Assembly: GCA_009103225.1 (NCBI GenBank)
Contig: RHPI01002438.1
Span: forward strand, 124,001 to 188,000
DNA from: Chlorokybus atmophyticus
Taxonomy: Eukaryota > Plantae > Mesostigma and Chlorokybus algae
Reading direction: 5' to 3'
Length of the DNA stretch: 64,000 nucleotides
Position numbers and translations under genes: made by a program. Numbering within the stretch: the first letter of the stretch is position 1; each line of letters starts with the position of its first letter. Below the pieces are notes generated by a model. That model had not been told where the DNA came from, searched no databases, and was given only the letters and a program-made list of their open reading frames with translations. Shown one piece after another: positions 13,494 through 26,333 of the stretch.

Positions 13494-14528
13494 TGATAGG
13501 TGGCTTTGGGGCACAAGAAAACGAGCCACACACCGATCATGTTGGCGAAGGTTCTGAAGACATGCGCACTACAGGGCATGCGCGCGGTCAAATCAAGCCC
13601 TGCTGGGTTGTATGTGTTGTACTGCAATCTACTTACCACAACACATGCAAAGACGCATTGAAACACGAGTGGGCATGTGAATTATAAGTTGTGTATCGAA
13701 GAAATAGACATCTCACAGGTGATGCAGTCCTCCTTATGATACCAATGTACATGGCGATTGTATGCCAAGCATCCCCATACCTGTTCACGCACACCATGGC
13801 AGTCACTACTACACACGTTCTGTTGCTGGGGGCCATGGCGGGGCGTTTACGGGCACAGGACTGACAATGTTGGAGCTCCCTCTTCTGCAAGTAACATCTG
13901 CTGCTGCTGTTGATGCACCACCTACTGCACATAGTTGCAAATGCAAGCTAAGGGCCATTACATGATTGACATAAGCTGGTGTGCGACTCATGAGTAGCAG
14001 GTGCTGGACCGGGAGCACCATTTATAGTAGACGAACAGTGTTAGCGCCCGCCCTGTTGGTCATGCATGACAGGGAAGCCAGCGACGGCAAGTACATGGGG
14101 AGCAGTCCCTCGATGCCCGTGTGAAGGATCGCAAAGTACACAGCGCAGCGACAGCAGTGTGCTGCATGCCGCGCATGGAACTGCATGCTGCGCGCCAATG
14201 GGCGCAAACCCTAACGCTGGCGACGGCATAGCATCCAGACGGCGGGAGGAGGGAGGGTGTAGGGAAGGGAGGAGAGAGGGGGAGTCCAAGTCCTGCTGCT
14301 GTTGTGACCGCTGGTGCTGCTGCAAATGGGCCGCTAACCGGGTGGCACTGGTGCAGGTAACCATGATTGCACTGTCGCGCATGCATGACTGACAGGGGGG
14401 CGTAGATGTAGGTGTACCAGTAGAGTAGGTAGCCTGGTGGTCGTATATATAGCACAAGGTGATTGTATTCTGCAGAGTGTTGCATGCGTGGTGTGGTCTA
14501 TATGGGCATACCCCTCTCGCATTGTATG

Positions 14529-14567
14529 AAGGGGCAACACAAGAAAATGCTAGTTGTGTTGCCCCTT
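14529..14567. repeat. Perfect 14-bp inverted repeat (hairpin, 11-nt loop)
   Basis: AAGGGGCAACACAA-gaaaatgctag-TTGTGTTGCCCCTT. Confidence 0.9.
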
Positions 14568-15184
14568 AAGCATGGCTCGTAGCTAAGCAGTTGAGTAGTA
14601 GCATGAACTCATGAGAATATTGTGGGCAACGTGGGTAAAGAGGCTTGTCGGATCATTTGCAATAATTGTTGCAATTGATGCTTCCCACGTGCATAGATGT
14701 AACCAACAGTAGAGTTGCATTTATAGCAAACTCTAGCATTCTCTCGGGGCCACATGCATGAAGCAAGCAATGTGCTAACAGCAAACAAGCAGCAAACAAA
14801 CAATAGCGCACTCAATTTGCATGGGGGCAAAGGCAGAGCTAACCTAGCTATTACCAACCATGACTGCTATGACGACTATGACGGTTAGAACAACTAGAAC
14901 CCTCGACATCTTCTCAGACATCTTGACATCAATGCATCTGCGAATGTAGGTGACAACTGTGACGGGAGTTTATTACAAATGTGTACCTAACCTATAACGA
15001 TGATTATCATGAGCATAAACAAAATGACATCGGTGTGTATGAAAGATGCATAAGGCAAGCTTATGCAAGTTTATTTAATGAATGCCAACTTACGTGCACA
15101 TGCAGTGTCACAAGCACAACCACTCACCAATATCTGCGATAATTGGCGCTCATAGTTGGAATGTACTTCTCTGCAGGCGAGTTG

Positions 15185-15720
15185 TAAATGTATACCATGT
15201 ATACACACTATGCTAATGTATTGGGTACAATACAATAGTAGTGTGTATACAGTGCTATTGTATCGTGTGTATTGAATACAATAGTATACTGTTGTATTTT
15301 ACCCAATACAATAGTATGGTGTGTATACTATACCAATGTGTATGCGGTATACACAGTAGTATACCACATATACACAACGGTATAGTGTGAATACCACATA
15401 TACACAATATACTATTGCGTACATGTGGTATACACAATATACACAGTATACCACATATGTATATGCGGTATACACATATACACAGTATCTTATTGTGTAT
15501 ATGTGGTATACTATTGTGTATACCACATATACTATATATAAGGGGTATGCTACGGTGTATGTATATTGTGTATATGTGGTATACACATACCACGTATATT
15601 GTGTATGTTGTGTATACTACATATACACAGTATATATGGTATACACAATGGTATACCACATATACACAATAGTATATTGTGTATATGTGGTATACACACT
15701 ATACTATTGTGTGTACGTGC
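15185..15720. repeat. AT-rich minisatellite built from ~19-21-bp hairpin units GTGTAT-(ATGTGGT or ACCACAT)-ATACAC
   Basis: About a dozen recognisable copies, e.g. 15568-15586, 15516-15532, 15651-15667, 15678-15696. Confidence 0.9.
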
Positions 15721-17340
15721 AAAGCATGCATTGCACGCCTTGAATTCTGTTGACGTTTTTCCGGACACATGTATTGCACCATTATATCATAATATGTACT
15801 CCATTCATATAAACACTCTCGTAATGTGTACGAAAGAAAGTTGAGGGTATTCATTGTGTCACATACGTATATGTGCCACATATACACGTATAGTACATGT
15901 TGTGTTTATTTAGACTTACCCCCCTGTATACAAGCTCAAAGCCCCCCTGAAAAAAGTGTGTGGGGGCAGGTGTGTGTGTAAAAGTGCCGCTTTACGAGCC
16001 ATAAGCTTAACAGCCCCCCCACCCCCCCATCTGTTTGTCGGGGGGGAGGGGGATTATATATAAAGTGGGGGCTTTTGTACAAATAAATAAGATCATCATA
16101 TGGTATTCAAGATACCTCAAATGGCACCGATTCAATAAGTTAACAGCAAAGAACTGAAACTATTATAATTTTCGTCACGCATGACAAGTTGTACAAAAGC
16201 GATGGAAGGTTCTTTCAGAACATGTAAACAAATGCATATTCTATCAATACGGTTATGAAGTTACGACAGACAGACGAGTGTTTGAGGGTCATTTGTTGCC
16301 CAACAACACAACCACAAACACAGCATCATAATACATGAGGGAATGTAGCGCATTGTTCGTATTTAACTTTAAATCTACAATTTTTATCCCTTAAGTAAGA
16401 CCAATGTAATTATAAGATATATACATACATCTCTGTTCTCGTTCATATTAAGTACTCCTCACCTCTGCCTTCGCCTTTACCTTTGCCCCTCCCCTCCCTT
16501 CCTCCATGTCATGCTTTTCAAGACATTGAACGAAAATCTCATGGGTTACAACCTTACCATGTCCTTGCTTTGCTGCCCCAATCCGGATATGAACCCGACC
16601 TCTTATATAGTTGCTGTAGTTGTAGTGTTGCTTAAGCTATGTGCCTTGTTTTTTGCAATGCTGTTGCTTTGCTGCTACCTGCCTCAATGTTATGTCTTAT
16701 GCAGCACTCTCCGCTGTCTTGTGCTCACACTTCCAATACCCAATGCAAGAACATTTGTTGCAATCCACAGCCATGATCGCCATGCACACACACACCTCTA
16801 ACTGGGTACTGCACCCATTCAATTATTACAACGCCGTCAGGTGATGACCAGTCCCCATGGTTTAATAACGTCATAGCTGTCAGTGGGGTTTATGCGGCAA
16901 ATCTGAACTAACTTCTGGCCCAGAAGGGTGCAATCGCAGTTTCGGCAGCCGCGTCGTACGTACCTTCGCCGAAGCCGTGTCTCCTTCAGGCGTGCCGCTC
17001 GGTTATCACCGGCTGCACGGATATCGGCAAATTGTCTGCAACGGTACTTTGCTCAAAGTACGCCGTAACCCGGATAAAGACACGCCCTGATTACGGCAAG
17101 TTATCGCAAGATACCAAGACGTCTCTTAGACGCCTCTCAGCAAGTCCTTATCTACGTTGTTGGCGCCGTCGCCAGTGCTGTCCGGGTCGTTGACAGCGGC
17201 GGTGGGGGCGGGGGCAGTTGGGTGGGCCGGTATGGGTGCGGTGCGCCGCCGTGACAGGGGAAGTTCTGTTGGAGGGGCGTGACTGCGGGCAAGGCGGAGC
17301 AGAGGCGGGGAGACGGGAGGGCGCCGCCTCAACAGCAGCA

Positions 17341-20300
17341 ATGAGCAAGAGCATTAGGGCCTGGAAGGCCGCTGGCAGAGCGGTCTCTATGCGCCTGGAT
17401 GAGGTGGGTGGCAGTGCGGCGGAGCTCAGCACAAAATGGAGGGAGTACCAGGAGGCACAGCGTCCGACGCAGCTCGCCGCCTACGAGCGGAGGGCTACGC
17501 TGGACGCACAGCGCCGCGCCGCTCGCCAGAGATTCAGGTGCATGTTGCCTGCGACCACAAACAACACCGTCGCGCGCGTAGCTTGTTACGCGTAACTTGT
17601 TATTGTAACTTGATTTGTACTTTTTTGGTCGCTTAGCCTGCGAAGTTTGTACTTTGCGGCAGCTGCCCAGTTGCATTGCAGCTGGTTGTGTACGCGATGC
17701 ATAACCTTCGCTTACACAACCTGCAATGCAACTTGGCAGCTGCTCCACAGAGCATGAACCTAGCCGGCTCTGCAGCGAGTGTGTTGTACATCAGCGCATT
17801 GCTGAGGTTGCATGTTGGCGTTGTCCTCACAGGGTGGCTGTGCTGCTCGTGGTTGCGCGCGCTCGGTTTATGGCAAACCTGAACCACGTCGAGCGCACTG
17901 TTGCCGGCTGGATGCCCTGGCTCTGTCCAAAGCCAGACGAAAGGGACCTGAGCAGTGGGGAACTTGAATCACCTCTCTTGGATGGAGAAGAACCTAGCGC
18001 GGACGATACAGAGTATGATATCGATGCAAAGGAGTTGAAGCAGCTGAACGAGAACCACAGCGTAGACGAGCTTCAAAACCGCGGTGGAGTTGCTGGCATA
18101 ATGCGCCTCATCAAGGTGGGTATGTTGCTTTGTGCAACTTTCTAAAAAAGAGCCAGTTATGCTTACTTGAAGCAATGCACTGTCTGCCAACCCTGTGGGT
18201 GGCAAATGCATGCAAAGGTACAGTCCAGTCAGTTGCTTGTGTAATGCATGTGCTTATAGTTGTTCAGGCTAGCATTAGCGTCTAATTATCAGGCTGTAAC
18301 AGGCTTAGACGCCAGTTCCTGCGCTGTAGTTGCTTGCATGGATTAATTTTAGCTGCTACAACACCCAGAGCTTTACCTGCTCACTCTTGTGCAATTCGAT
18401 GTCTTTGTCACGAGGAGCTTGTGCATTGTGCAGGTGACTACCCTGTGGAGTGGTATCTGTAGCATAGTCTGATCAGCATTGGTTGCATTCACCTCAACAG
18501 CGTCTATGCAGACCGATGAAGAGGCTGGATTGGTGGACAATGACAAAGAGCTAGAGAAACGTCGAGACGTGTTTGGAAGCAACACATACCCTGAAAAGGA
18601 GACGAAGGGTTTCTGGCAGTTTGTATGGGAGGCTTCTCAAGACACTACACTGATAATCTTGCTTGTGGCCGCAATAGTGTCTTTGGGTACTGGCGTGTGG
18701 ACGGAAGGCTGGGCAGAAGGATGGCATGACGGGGTTGGCATTGCGTTCGCCATCCTCCTGGTCCTTTTCCTGAATGCCGGTAATAATTACAACCAAGCGC
18801 TAGCCTTTCGCGACCTGAACCGCAAGAAGAAGAACATCCCGATCGAAGTAAGCGCTATTGCACATGCTTGCACACGTTCTTGTTGCCACACGCTTTCCTG
18901 CGCGGTCATGCTAGAGTGTCATGCTGTTATGCGTAGGTCAGTCGCGGCGGGAGGCGCATTGAGGTGTCCATCCATGATTTGGTCGTTGGTGACATTGTCC
19001 ACATTGGAGTTGGAGATCAGATTCCTGCAGATGGTCTTCTGATTAGTGGACACTCCATGCTGGTGGATGAGTCTAGCATGACTGGAGAGAACGAGCCTGT
19101 GCACAAGGACAAGTCTCAGCCGTTTCTGCTGTCAGGGTCAAAATTGTCAGATGGGTATGGAATCATGGTGGTGACAGCTGTAGGCATGAACACTGAATGG
19201 GGAAAGATTATGGCCAGTGTCAGCGAAGACAACGACTCGGAAACTCCGCTGCAAGAGCGCCTGAGGCACACTGCTCTGGCCATTGGCAAGGTTGGTCTTG
19301 CCGTGGCTATTCTGGTTTTCTTCATTCTGATTGTGAGATACGTCATCACGGAAAAGATTGATCTCAAGCATTACAGCCTCCAGCAGTTTCTGCACAACGA
19401 CCTGACGAATCTGGTTGGGTTCTTTGCCATCTCCGTCACGATTGTGGTGGTGGCTGTGCCGGAAGGTTTGCCGCTGGCCGTGACGCTCAGTCTCGCATAC
19501 TCAATGCGTCAGATGGCAAAAGACAATGCGCTCGTGCGGCATCTGGAGTCATGCGAAACCATGGGTGGCGCCACTACAATCTGCAGTGATAAGACAGGCA
19601 CTCTCACCACCAACAAGATGGTTGTTGTGAGAGGCTGGGTGGCCGGCGTGGAGTTGTCCGCCAAAGCTTCATCATCGGAGCTGAAGCAGGAAGTAGCTGC
19701 CATCCTTCATGAGGCAGTTTGCACCAACTCCGATGGCAGCGTGTACAATACTCAAGAAGGAGTGGAGATTACAGGCAAGCCTACGGAGACGGCCGTGCTT
19801 GCATTCGGCCTGCAACTCGGTGCGGACTTCAAACACGAGCGTTCGCAAGTTGAGTTTGTGGACGTGGCCCCTTTTAGCTCCGAAAAGAAGCGCATGGGTG
19901 TCATGGTGAAGAACTCAGAGGGCCAGCAGCGCATCCACTGGAAAGGCGCCCCAGACATGCTGCTCAAGTTGGCAAACCGCGCTATGCAACCGGACGGTTC
20001 AGTGCAGGAATTGACTGAGTCCACACGCAAGGACATTGAGGCCCTGCTGGATGGAATGGCCAACGAGAGCTTGCGCACGATCATTCTCACATACGCCGAT
20101 GTTGATGGGGACAGTGCACCCACTGTTCATCATGACAAGGATGCTGCCAATGGTGAACAGAATGGGGACAACACCAACAACATACCAGACAAGGACCTTG
20201 TTGTGCTTGCCATTGTTGGCATTAAGGATCCCTGCCGCCAAGGAGTTCCCGAAGCTGTCAAGGAATGCCAGGCTGCTGGCATAATGGTTCGCATGTGCAC

Positions 20301-21628
20301 AGGTATGGTTGCCTAGTATATGTTACCAGTCATACAGTTGTTGGGGCATCAGCTCTTCTTAGGCACTTTTGATTTGTAAGCAGTGCAGTGAACACCGGGC
20401 TGATGACTGATGGCATGTACGCAGGTGACTACATCGTCACTGCAAAGGCCATTGCGCGTGAATGCAACATTCTCACAGAAGATGGCATTGCTATCGAGGG
20501 GCCCAAGTTTCGCAACATGACCGATGAGGAGAGGATTAAAATCATTCCCAAGTTGCAGGTGATGGCGCGGTCATCTCCCAGCGACAAGCATACGCTGGTG
20601 AACCTTCTCAGAACACACTTTGGAGAAGTGGTGGCTGTCACTGGTGATGGTACCAACGATGCGCCTGCTCTCAAGGAGGCAGACATTGGACTGTCCATGG
20701 GCATTGCTGGTATGTCGCATTGCCTTCCTATTGTCAATGAGTGTGTTGTTGCAAGGTGTGCAACAGAGGCTTTGGTGCGTACGCGATGACAAGCGCCCTG
20801 TGTGTTATTTGCTTTCAACAATCACAACCATGCATGACGTCAGGTACTGAGATTGCAAAGGAAGCTTCCGACATCATCATTCTGGACGACAACTTTGCCA
20901 CAATAGTGGGTGTGGTGCGCTGGGGACGGTCAGTCTTCAACAACATCCGCAAGTTTGTGCAGTTCCAGATGACGGTGAACGTCGTAGCGTTGCTGCTCAA
21001 CTTTATTACGGCCTCGGTGTATGGAATGACAGCTCTCACAGCCGTGCAGCTGCTGTGGGTGAATTTGGTAATGGACACGTTGGGTGCGCTGGCTCTTGCC
21101 ACAGAGCCACCCACAGACAAGTTGATGCGTCGCAAGCCCATCAGGCGTGAGGAGAGCCTGTTTTCACCACACATGATCAGGAACATGCTTGTCCAGATCA
21201 TCTACCAGCTGGGAATTCTTCTGGCCATCCTTTACTATGGATACACATTCTTCAAGCTGACGCCTCCACCCCCGGACAGCGGAAGGAAGGGCGGCACTGT
21301 CGACTGGCAGGACGCTCGCATATTGAACACAATTGTGTTCAACTCGTTCGTGTTCTTGCAGCTCTTCAACGAGATCAGCTCGCGAGACATGGAGAGCGTA
21401 AACGTGTTCAAGGGACTGTTCACCAATCGCATCTTCCTGGGTGTTCAGGCAACCACCGTAATCGTGCAAATAATAATGGTTGAGCTCTTGAATGAGTTCG
21501 CGAGCACGGAGCCGCTGACACTGTACCAATGGGGTGTGTGCGTGTCAGTTGGGTTGGTTGGCCTAGTCTTAGCGGCAGTGGGAAAGTTTATACCAGTCCC
21601 TACTCCAAAGAGCCAACTCCACGAATAG
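17341..21628 (+). CDS. ACA: Autoinhibited Ca2+-ATPase, P2B (ACA/PMCA-type)
   Basis: DESSMTGE, VAVPEGLPLAVTLSLA, CSDKTGTLT, WKGAP, GIKDPCR, VTGDGTNDAPAL, KEASDIIILDDNF, QFQMTVN, QLLWVNLVMDTLGALALATE. N-terminal basic amphipathic segment RQRFRVAVLLVVARARF. Confidence 0.96.
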
Positions 21629-22154
21629 CTTGGAAGCGGTGTTAAAGAGGGTGTATACATGCCGGTTGGGGACCAAGGACATCCGGTGCCTGGCCAACAG
21701 ACTGTACTGCAGCTTGTAAAAACACAGCTTATGTAAGTTCTGGGGCTTCGACTTTTGTGTGCAGGGGTTGCACAAGTTGGAGCCTTTGGAGTTGGGCATT
21801 TTGGTAACTAGACAAACCCGTACCTAAGCGTATGCCCTCTTTTGCTGCTTGCTGCCAGGGCCACTGGGGCCCCGGCTGCAAAAGCCTTACCTTATTAGCC
21901 ACAGCATCACGTCAGGCAATGACTGACTTGTGGATGCCCAGTTTCAATAAATAAGCAGTTGTAGTGGTTTCCAACACTGTTGCAGGATGTTGACGCTAAT
22001 GCTAGCCACTCTCGCAAGTGGGTTGCAGTTCGGACATGCAATGTGCATGTATGGATGTAGAGTTAGTGGTAAGGCATACCACAGAAATCTGAGTGAAGCG
22101 TGCAGTGCAATATGTACGAAGCATTCACATATGTATTTACTACATGCGACCTTC

Positions 22155-24624
22155 TCAACGTCCAGCTCCTGCCACCACCATTTGCAGCAGCTTTCTGATG
22201 GTTTCATCGTTTCGCAGCACCTGTGTCAAGAATAGTTCAGCAACGAGCACCGTTGTGCTATAGCTCGCAAGGTCAACAAATAGCGTCGCCAACCAGTCAC
22301 CCCAATGCACAAACCTGTGCCTTTGCAGCATTCACTCTCGCCTGCTGCTTTTTGATCTCCTCCTCCACCTGAGCCAACGCCCCTGCACTTCGCGCCATCT
22401 CCTCGTCTGTCAACCTACGAACAAAGCAGCAGTGTTGTCTGCCTCCTGTAGAGACTATGAACACAACACCACAAGGGCACCAACAGCGAACAAGCGTCAG
22501 CAACATACCGCCTCTCTTCGCGCCATCGCTCAGCGCGCACGCGCGCCTCAGCGTTCCAGGCATGGGCCTCACGCGCAGCGGCATCAGCGTCTTCAGGTGC
22601 TCTCGAGGCGCACTGCACCAGTGCCGATGCTGCCCGCGCCAGCATCTGAATGGATGCCCTGAGCGCTTCAACCTGCAACGCGTGTTAGCATGTCTGCGAA
22701 GTTAGTGTCTGCATACGCTTCTCAGTGGCGACCCAACAGACTTCACTGTACATCGGCATTGTTGCCCGATCAGATTCAACTTCAGGCAACATCACAACTT
22801 GCGTTGATACGTGGCATGTCTGACCTCGTCTTTGTTTTTGGACAACTCGTCTTTTGGCCCTTTCCGTAGGTCCCCATCTTCATCCTGATCACAATGGCGC
22901 GGAGGTAAGCTAACATATGTACGAAGCATCTGTACACAAACTTACAGAGTATGCGCGACAGCAAGCTGCGCGCTGGCAAGACATTTGTGCTAAGAAAATG
23001 GGATTGATGTGTGCTGCACGTACGCGTTGCTCGAGATCTTTCTTCGTCTCCAGTATGTCTCTTACCAACTTGCCAGCACCTTCAGCCGTCACTTCGAGCA
23101 TCTTTGCACAGCGCGCATGTGTCAAAACATATGTAAAGCAAGGGTCACGCGAGCAACATGAAACTGTCACACGGTAGCCGCACCTCTCGACCCAAAGGCT
23201 GTTCCGCAATTAGAATCGGTTCCACCATATCATCGTCGTCTTCATCGTCTTTTTCGGGCTCGCCCTCAGCAACTATCTGCGGCTTCAGCACAGACGGCTT
23301 TCTGCGCACACACACGCAAACACAGAGTTGCGTGCATTGACATGCCCATCACAATCATGAAGCTGACTGTATGCTGAACACATGCAGAGTACAGAAATGC
23401 TATGCTTCCCAGCATATTTCACAGACACCATGCGCATATGTAGGTCAACAATCCGACCACACAACATAACATGACACCAACAAGGTAAGACTCACGCTGT
23501 GCCAGGCCTTGCCTCCGCAACAGGTCGCAACGCTGAGCCCGGCCTCTCACCCTATGATTATTTGTGTAAAACCGCATATGGTGAAGCTGTTGAGTATACC
23601 AAACCAACAGCTATATCATGGCAACACACTTACCTTTGGCTTCGGAGGCGCTTTTCGTGCCGACTGAGGCCGCTGAGGCATTGGCGGCATCGGCGGCCTT
23701 GGCGCAACTGCTGCAGACTCCCCAAAAGCATCATCGGCACCTAAACACACATGTATATACATGCGCACGCTTGCACACTCTTTACCACTGCAGTTGGGCT
23801 AGCTTTGGTCATATGCTCTTCCAAGTGACCACACACCTGTCGGCATGGGTTCAGGACGTACTTCCGCCCTAGGCGGCAAAGGGGGCACCTCTGCTTCATC
23901 TGTCACAGCACACATCTGTCACAATCAACTCCAATGCAGCATTCACGTCTATATAAGCAGATGGCTGGGATAATCACCTGTCCTTGACGCACGTTGCCGC
24001 CGATTCGTCTTAGGGGCTTCACCTCGGGCCTCGGCCCCACCCTCACGCAACTCCGCCCCACTACACACACAGATGAAAAGTCATGCAACAAGCAAAGCAC
24101 CACACACACAGACACGCTTGCCCACACACACGCACACGCACAGATGAGACCCGAATTGCTTAAACCATCACACCGTGATGTGTCAAGCAATGTTGGTCAC
24201 GGTGATGATCACACTCACCTCAAGCCTGAATCGGCTCGTCCGCTCGGTTGTGTTTGTTGTGGTTGATCACCGCCGCGTGACGATGCGCGCGAGGACTGCC
24301 GCGTGGACGCCGGGGAGGGGGTCGACAGCGCGGGTGAGGGGGCATCTGCCTTGTCCTGCTTGCTGCTTGAGGGAGGAGGAGCCTCTTTTGGACGGGCGGA
24401 GGGAAGGGGGGCTTGTTGTGGTGGCTGTTGTTGTTGTTGTTGTGGTTGTTGTTGTGGCTGTTGTTGTGGTTGTTGTGGTGGTGGTGGTTGTGGCGGTGGT
24501 GGCTGCGACGGTTGCTGTTGCGATTGTTGATGCTCCCCGGCGACCACCCGGCGAACGGCAGCCGCAGACGCCTCTGGTGAGCACTCAGTCGCCGCGCGCG
24601 CCAGCAACTGTCATGTGTGTGTGT

Positions 24625-24674
<50 letters not shown>

Positions 24675-26031
24675 GTGCGCGTGCTTGCTTATGCGTGTGT
24701 GCGCGTGCGTGCGTTTATGTCAGTGCTTTCGTGCATGGGAGTGGGCGCGCTTGCCTGTGTGTGCATACCCATGTCTGTGCTTGTGCGTGTGTGCGGGTGC
24801 TGACCTATGTGGCCATGTGGCTATGTTTGACTGGCTACATGTCACCAACAGTTAACAACAAACCATCTGCTACCTGCAGAAAGGTGTTTGTGTGTTCCGG
24901 CTCGAGGCCTGCCACAATCTGCAAGCATGTACGCGCATATTAGCTCACATCCAACTGACAAAGCCAGGTTGTGTATCAGTGACATCGGCTTGCTACAACG
25001 TGCACCTTCAGCGGTCGTGCTGGCACATGTGCAGAGAGTGTGATGCCAACGCAGTCGATGATCTTTGTTAAGTATGACACCTTTGTTTCTTTGTCCTGCA
25101 CAAGTGTGCCTGGGCATTAACAACGACCTAACAGCACAAGATGGTCAATAGCTAAGGTCAAAATATACCTTGATGTTGGCGGAGTCTGACTCCACCTCAT
25201 CAAACAAGCCCTGGCCGAAGCCTGTTGCCTTTATAACCTGTGCAAAACCAGCATTCGCAGTTGGCGATGATGGTACTNTGCCTGACATGCGCGCAAACAA
25301 GTACAGACCGCCACATGCATGAACAGCTGTGTGCCTGCCAGTTGAGTGTTTGTTTGTGGAAATGCGTGTGAGCGTGATTGAGGGGCGGGGGGCGGGGTGG
25401 GGGGTCATGTGCGTGTATAACAACAATTGGTCGCTCGGCTTCAAAGACACATTTACAAGCTGCATGTGCTAGCGTGCGTCTCTGTATGCCCGAAAAGGAC
25501 AGTGCCAGCAACCGTAAGTTCAAAGGCAGTTCCATCGGAGCTGCACCTTTGCGCCGGTGTACAAACGCTGCGTCTGCTACTAAGCATCAAGCAGGATCGG
25601 CTCGCAATGGCCATAGCTGTGGCACATCTGCACAAGCGCACAAATGCAGCGAAAAGCGGTTACAGACTACCGGCTACCAGTTGTCTGCAGGTGCTTGTGA
25701 CACACTACACCAAATGTGAACATCTTACGCAAGATCACGCACAGACTTTGAAGTTGTAATGCGGGCGCCTCTAAACAGTGTAAACATAAAACCATCTTCA
25801 TTGTGCACTGCTAGACATGCTCCCGCCAATGCACGTTTCGCAGTATGCCTCGCACAATGCAGTTACGTTGCAGCGAGGGTGCACCAGTAAAAGACTTGCT
25901 GTGCGTCAAACCTCGCTAACAACGTCATGCAGGAAGCGGAATGGCGGTTTCCTTAGCAGCGCTTCCGTCAGCTTAGGCCGCCGGATCAGCGGCTGGAGGA
26001 CGCCCACCGTCACGTCCCAGAACTCCGCCAT
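22155..26031 (-). CDS. IFT54: Intraflagellar transport protein 54 (TRAF3IP1/MIP-T3)
   Basis: N-terminal CH domain [68 protein letters not shown], and C-terminal coiled coil ending [21 protein letters not shown]. Confidence 0.92.
24418..24530 (-). repeat. Coding CAR/CCR trinucleotide tract (poly-Gln/Pro) in IFT54
   Basis: Encodes [39 protein letters not shown]. Confidence 0.9.
24614..24680 (+). repeat. (GT)n microsatellite in an IFT54 intron
   Basis: Near-perfect TG repeat with a few substitutions, decaying into a mixed GT/GC tract. Confidence 0.95.
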
Positions 26032-26092
26032 TCCTCCCGCCCTGGAGTTCTCAACCTTTCACGGTAGCATCCAAGGCGCTACCGCTTGGACA

Positions 26093-26185
26093 AGACCCGA
26101 CCGAACCGAACCAGGCCAGACCAGGCCAGGCTCTAGCCTGGTCTGGTCTGGTCTGGTCTGGTCTGGTCCGGTCTGGTCCGGCCTG
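26093..26185. repeat. Inverted pentamer array (CCAGR)n-CT-(TCTGG)n in the IFT54/SRP68 bidirectional promoter
   Basis: ...ccaggccagaccaggccaggct-ct-agcctggtctggtctggtctgg...; symmetry axis at 26133-26134. Confidence 0.9.
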
Positions 26186-26280
26186 CCGCACAGCTTGTGC
26201 AACGCGAGTCTCTAACTGTCGCGCACAAGCTGTGCGGCTGACGGAGTTCGGGTTGGGCAATGGAATCATAATTTTAGAAC

Positions 26281-26289
26281 TTAGGGTTT
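26281..26289 (-). promoter_or_regulatory. Telo-box (TTAGGGTTT) 45 bp upstream of the SRP68 ATG
   Basis: Exact reverse complement of the plant telo-box AAACCCTAA. Confidence 0.45.
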
Positions 26290-26333
26290 GCTACACCTGC
26301 GCGGTGTTGCCCTTGGCGACAGTGTCCGCAACC

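Noticed and set aside
14020-14360. Telomerase RNA candidate (AAACCCTAA as template, TTTATA upstream)
   Set aside because: No USE at the proper spacing and no poly-T terminator were found; a telo-box is the simpler explanation.
15185-15720. CRISPR-like reading of the repeat array
   Set aside because: There are no unique spacers or cas genes, and the context is eukaryotic.
15255-15844. Tyr/Ile/Cys/His-rich ORFs on both strands
   Set aside because: They are translations of the AT-rich satellite.
16184-16200. Resemblance of ACAAGTTGTACAAAAGC to a Gateway attB1 site
   Set aside because: The match is imperfect and there is no other vector sequence; probably chance in AT-rich DNA.
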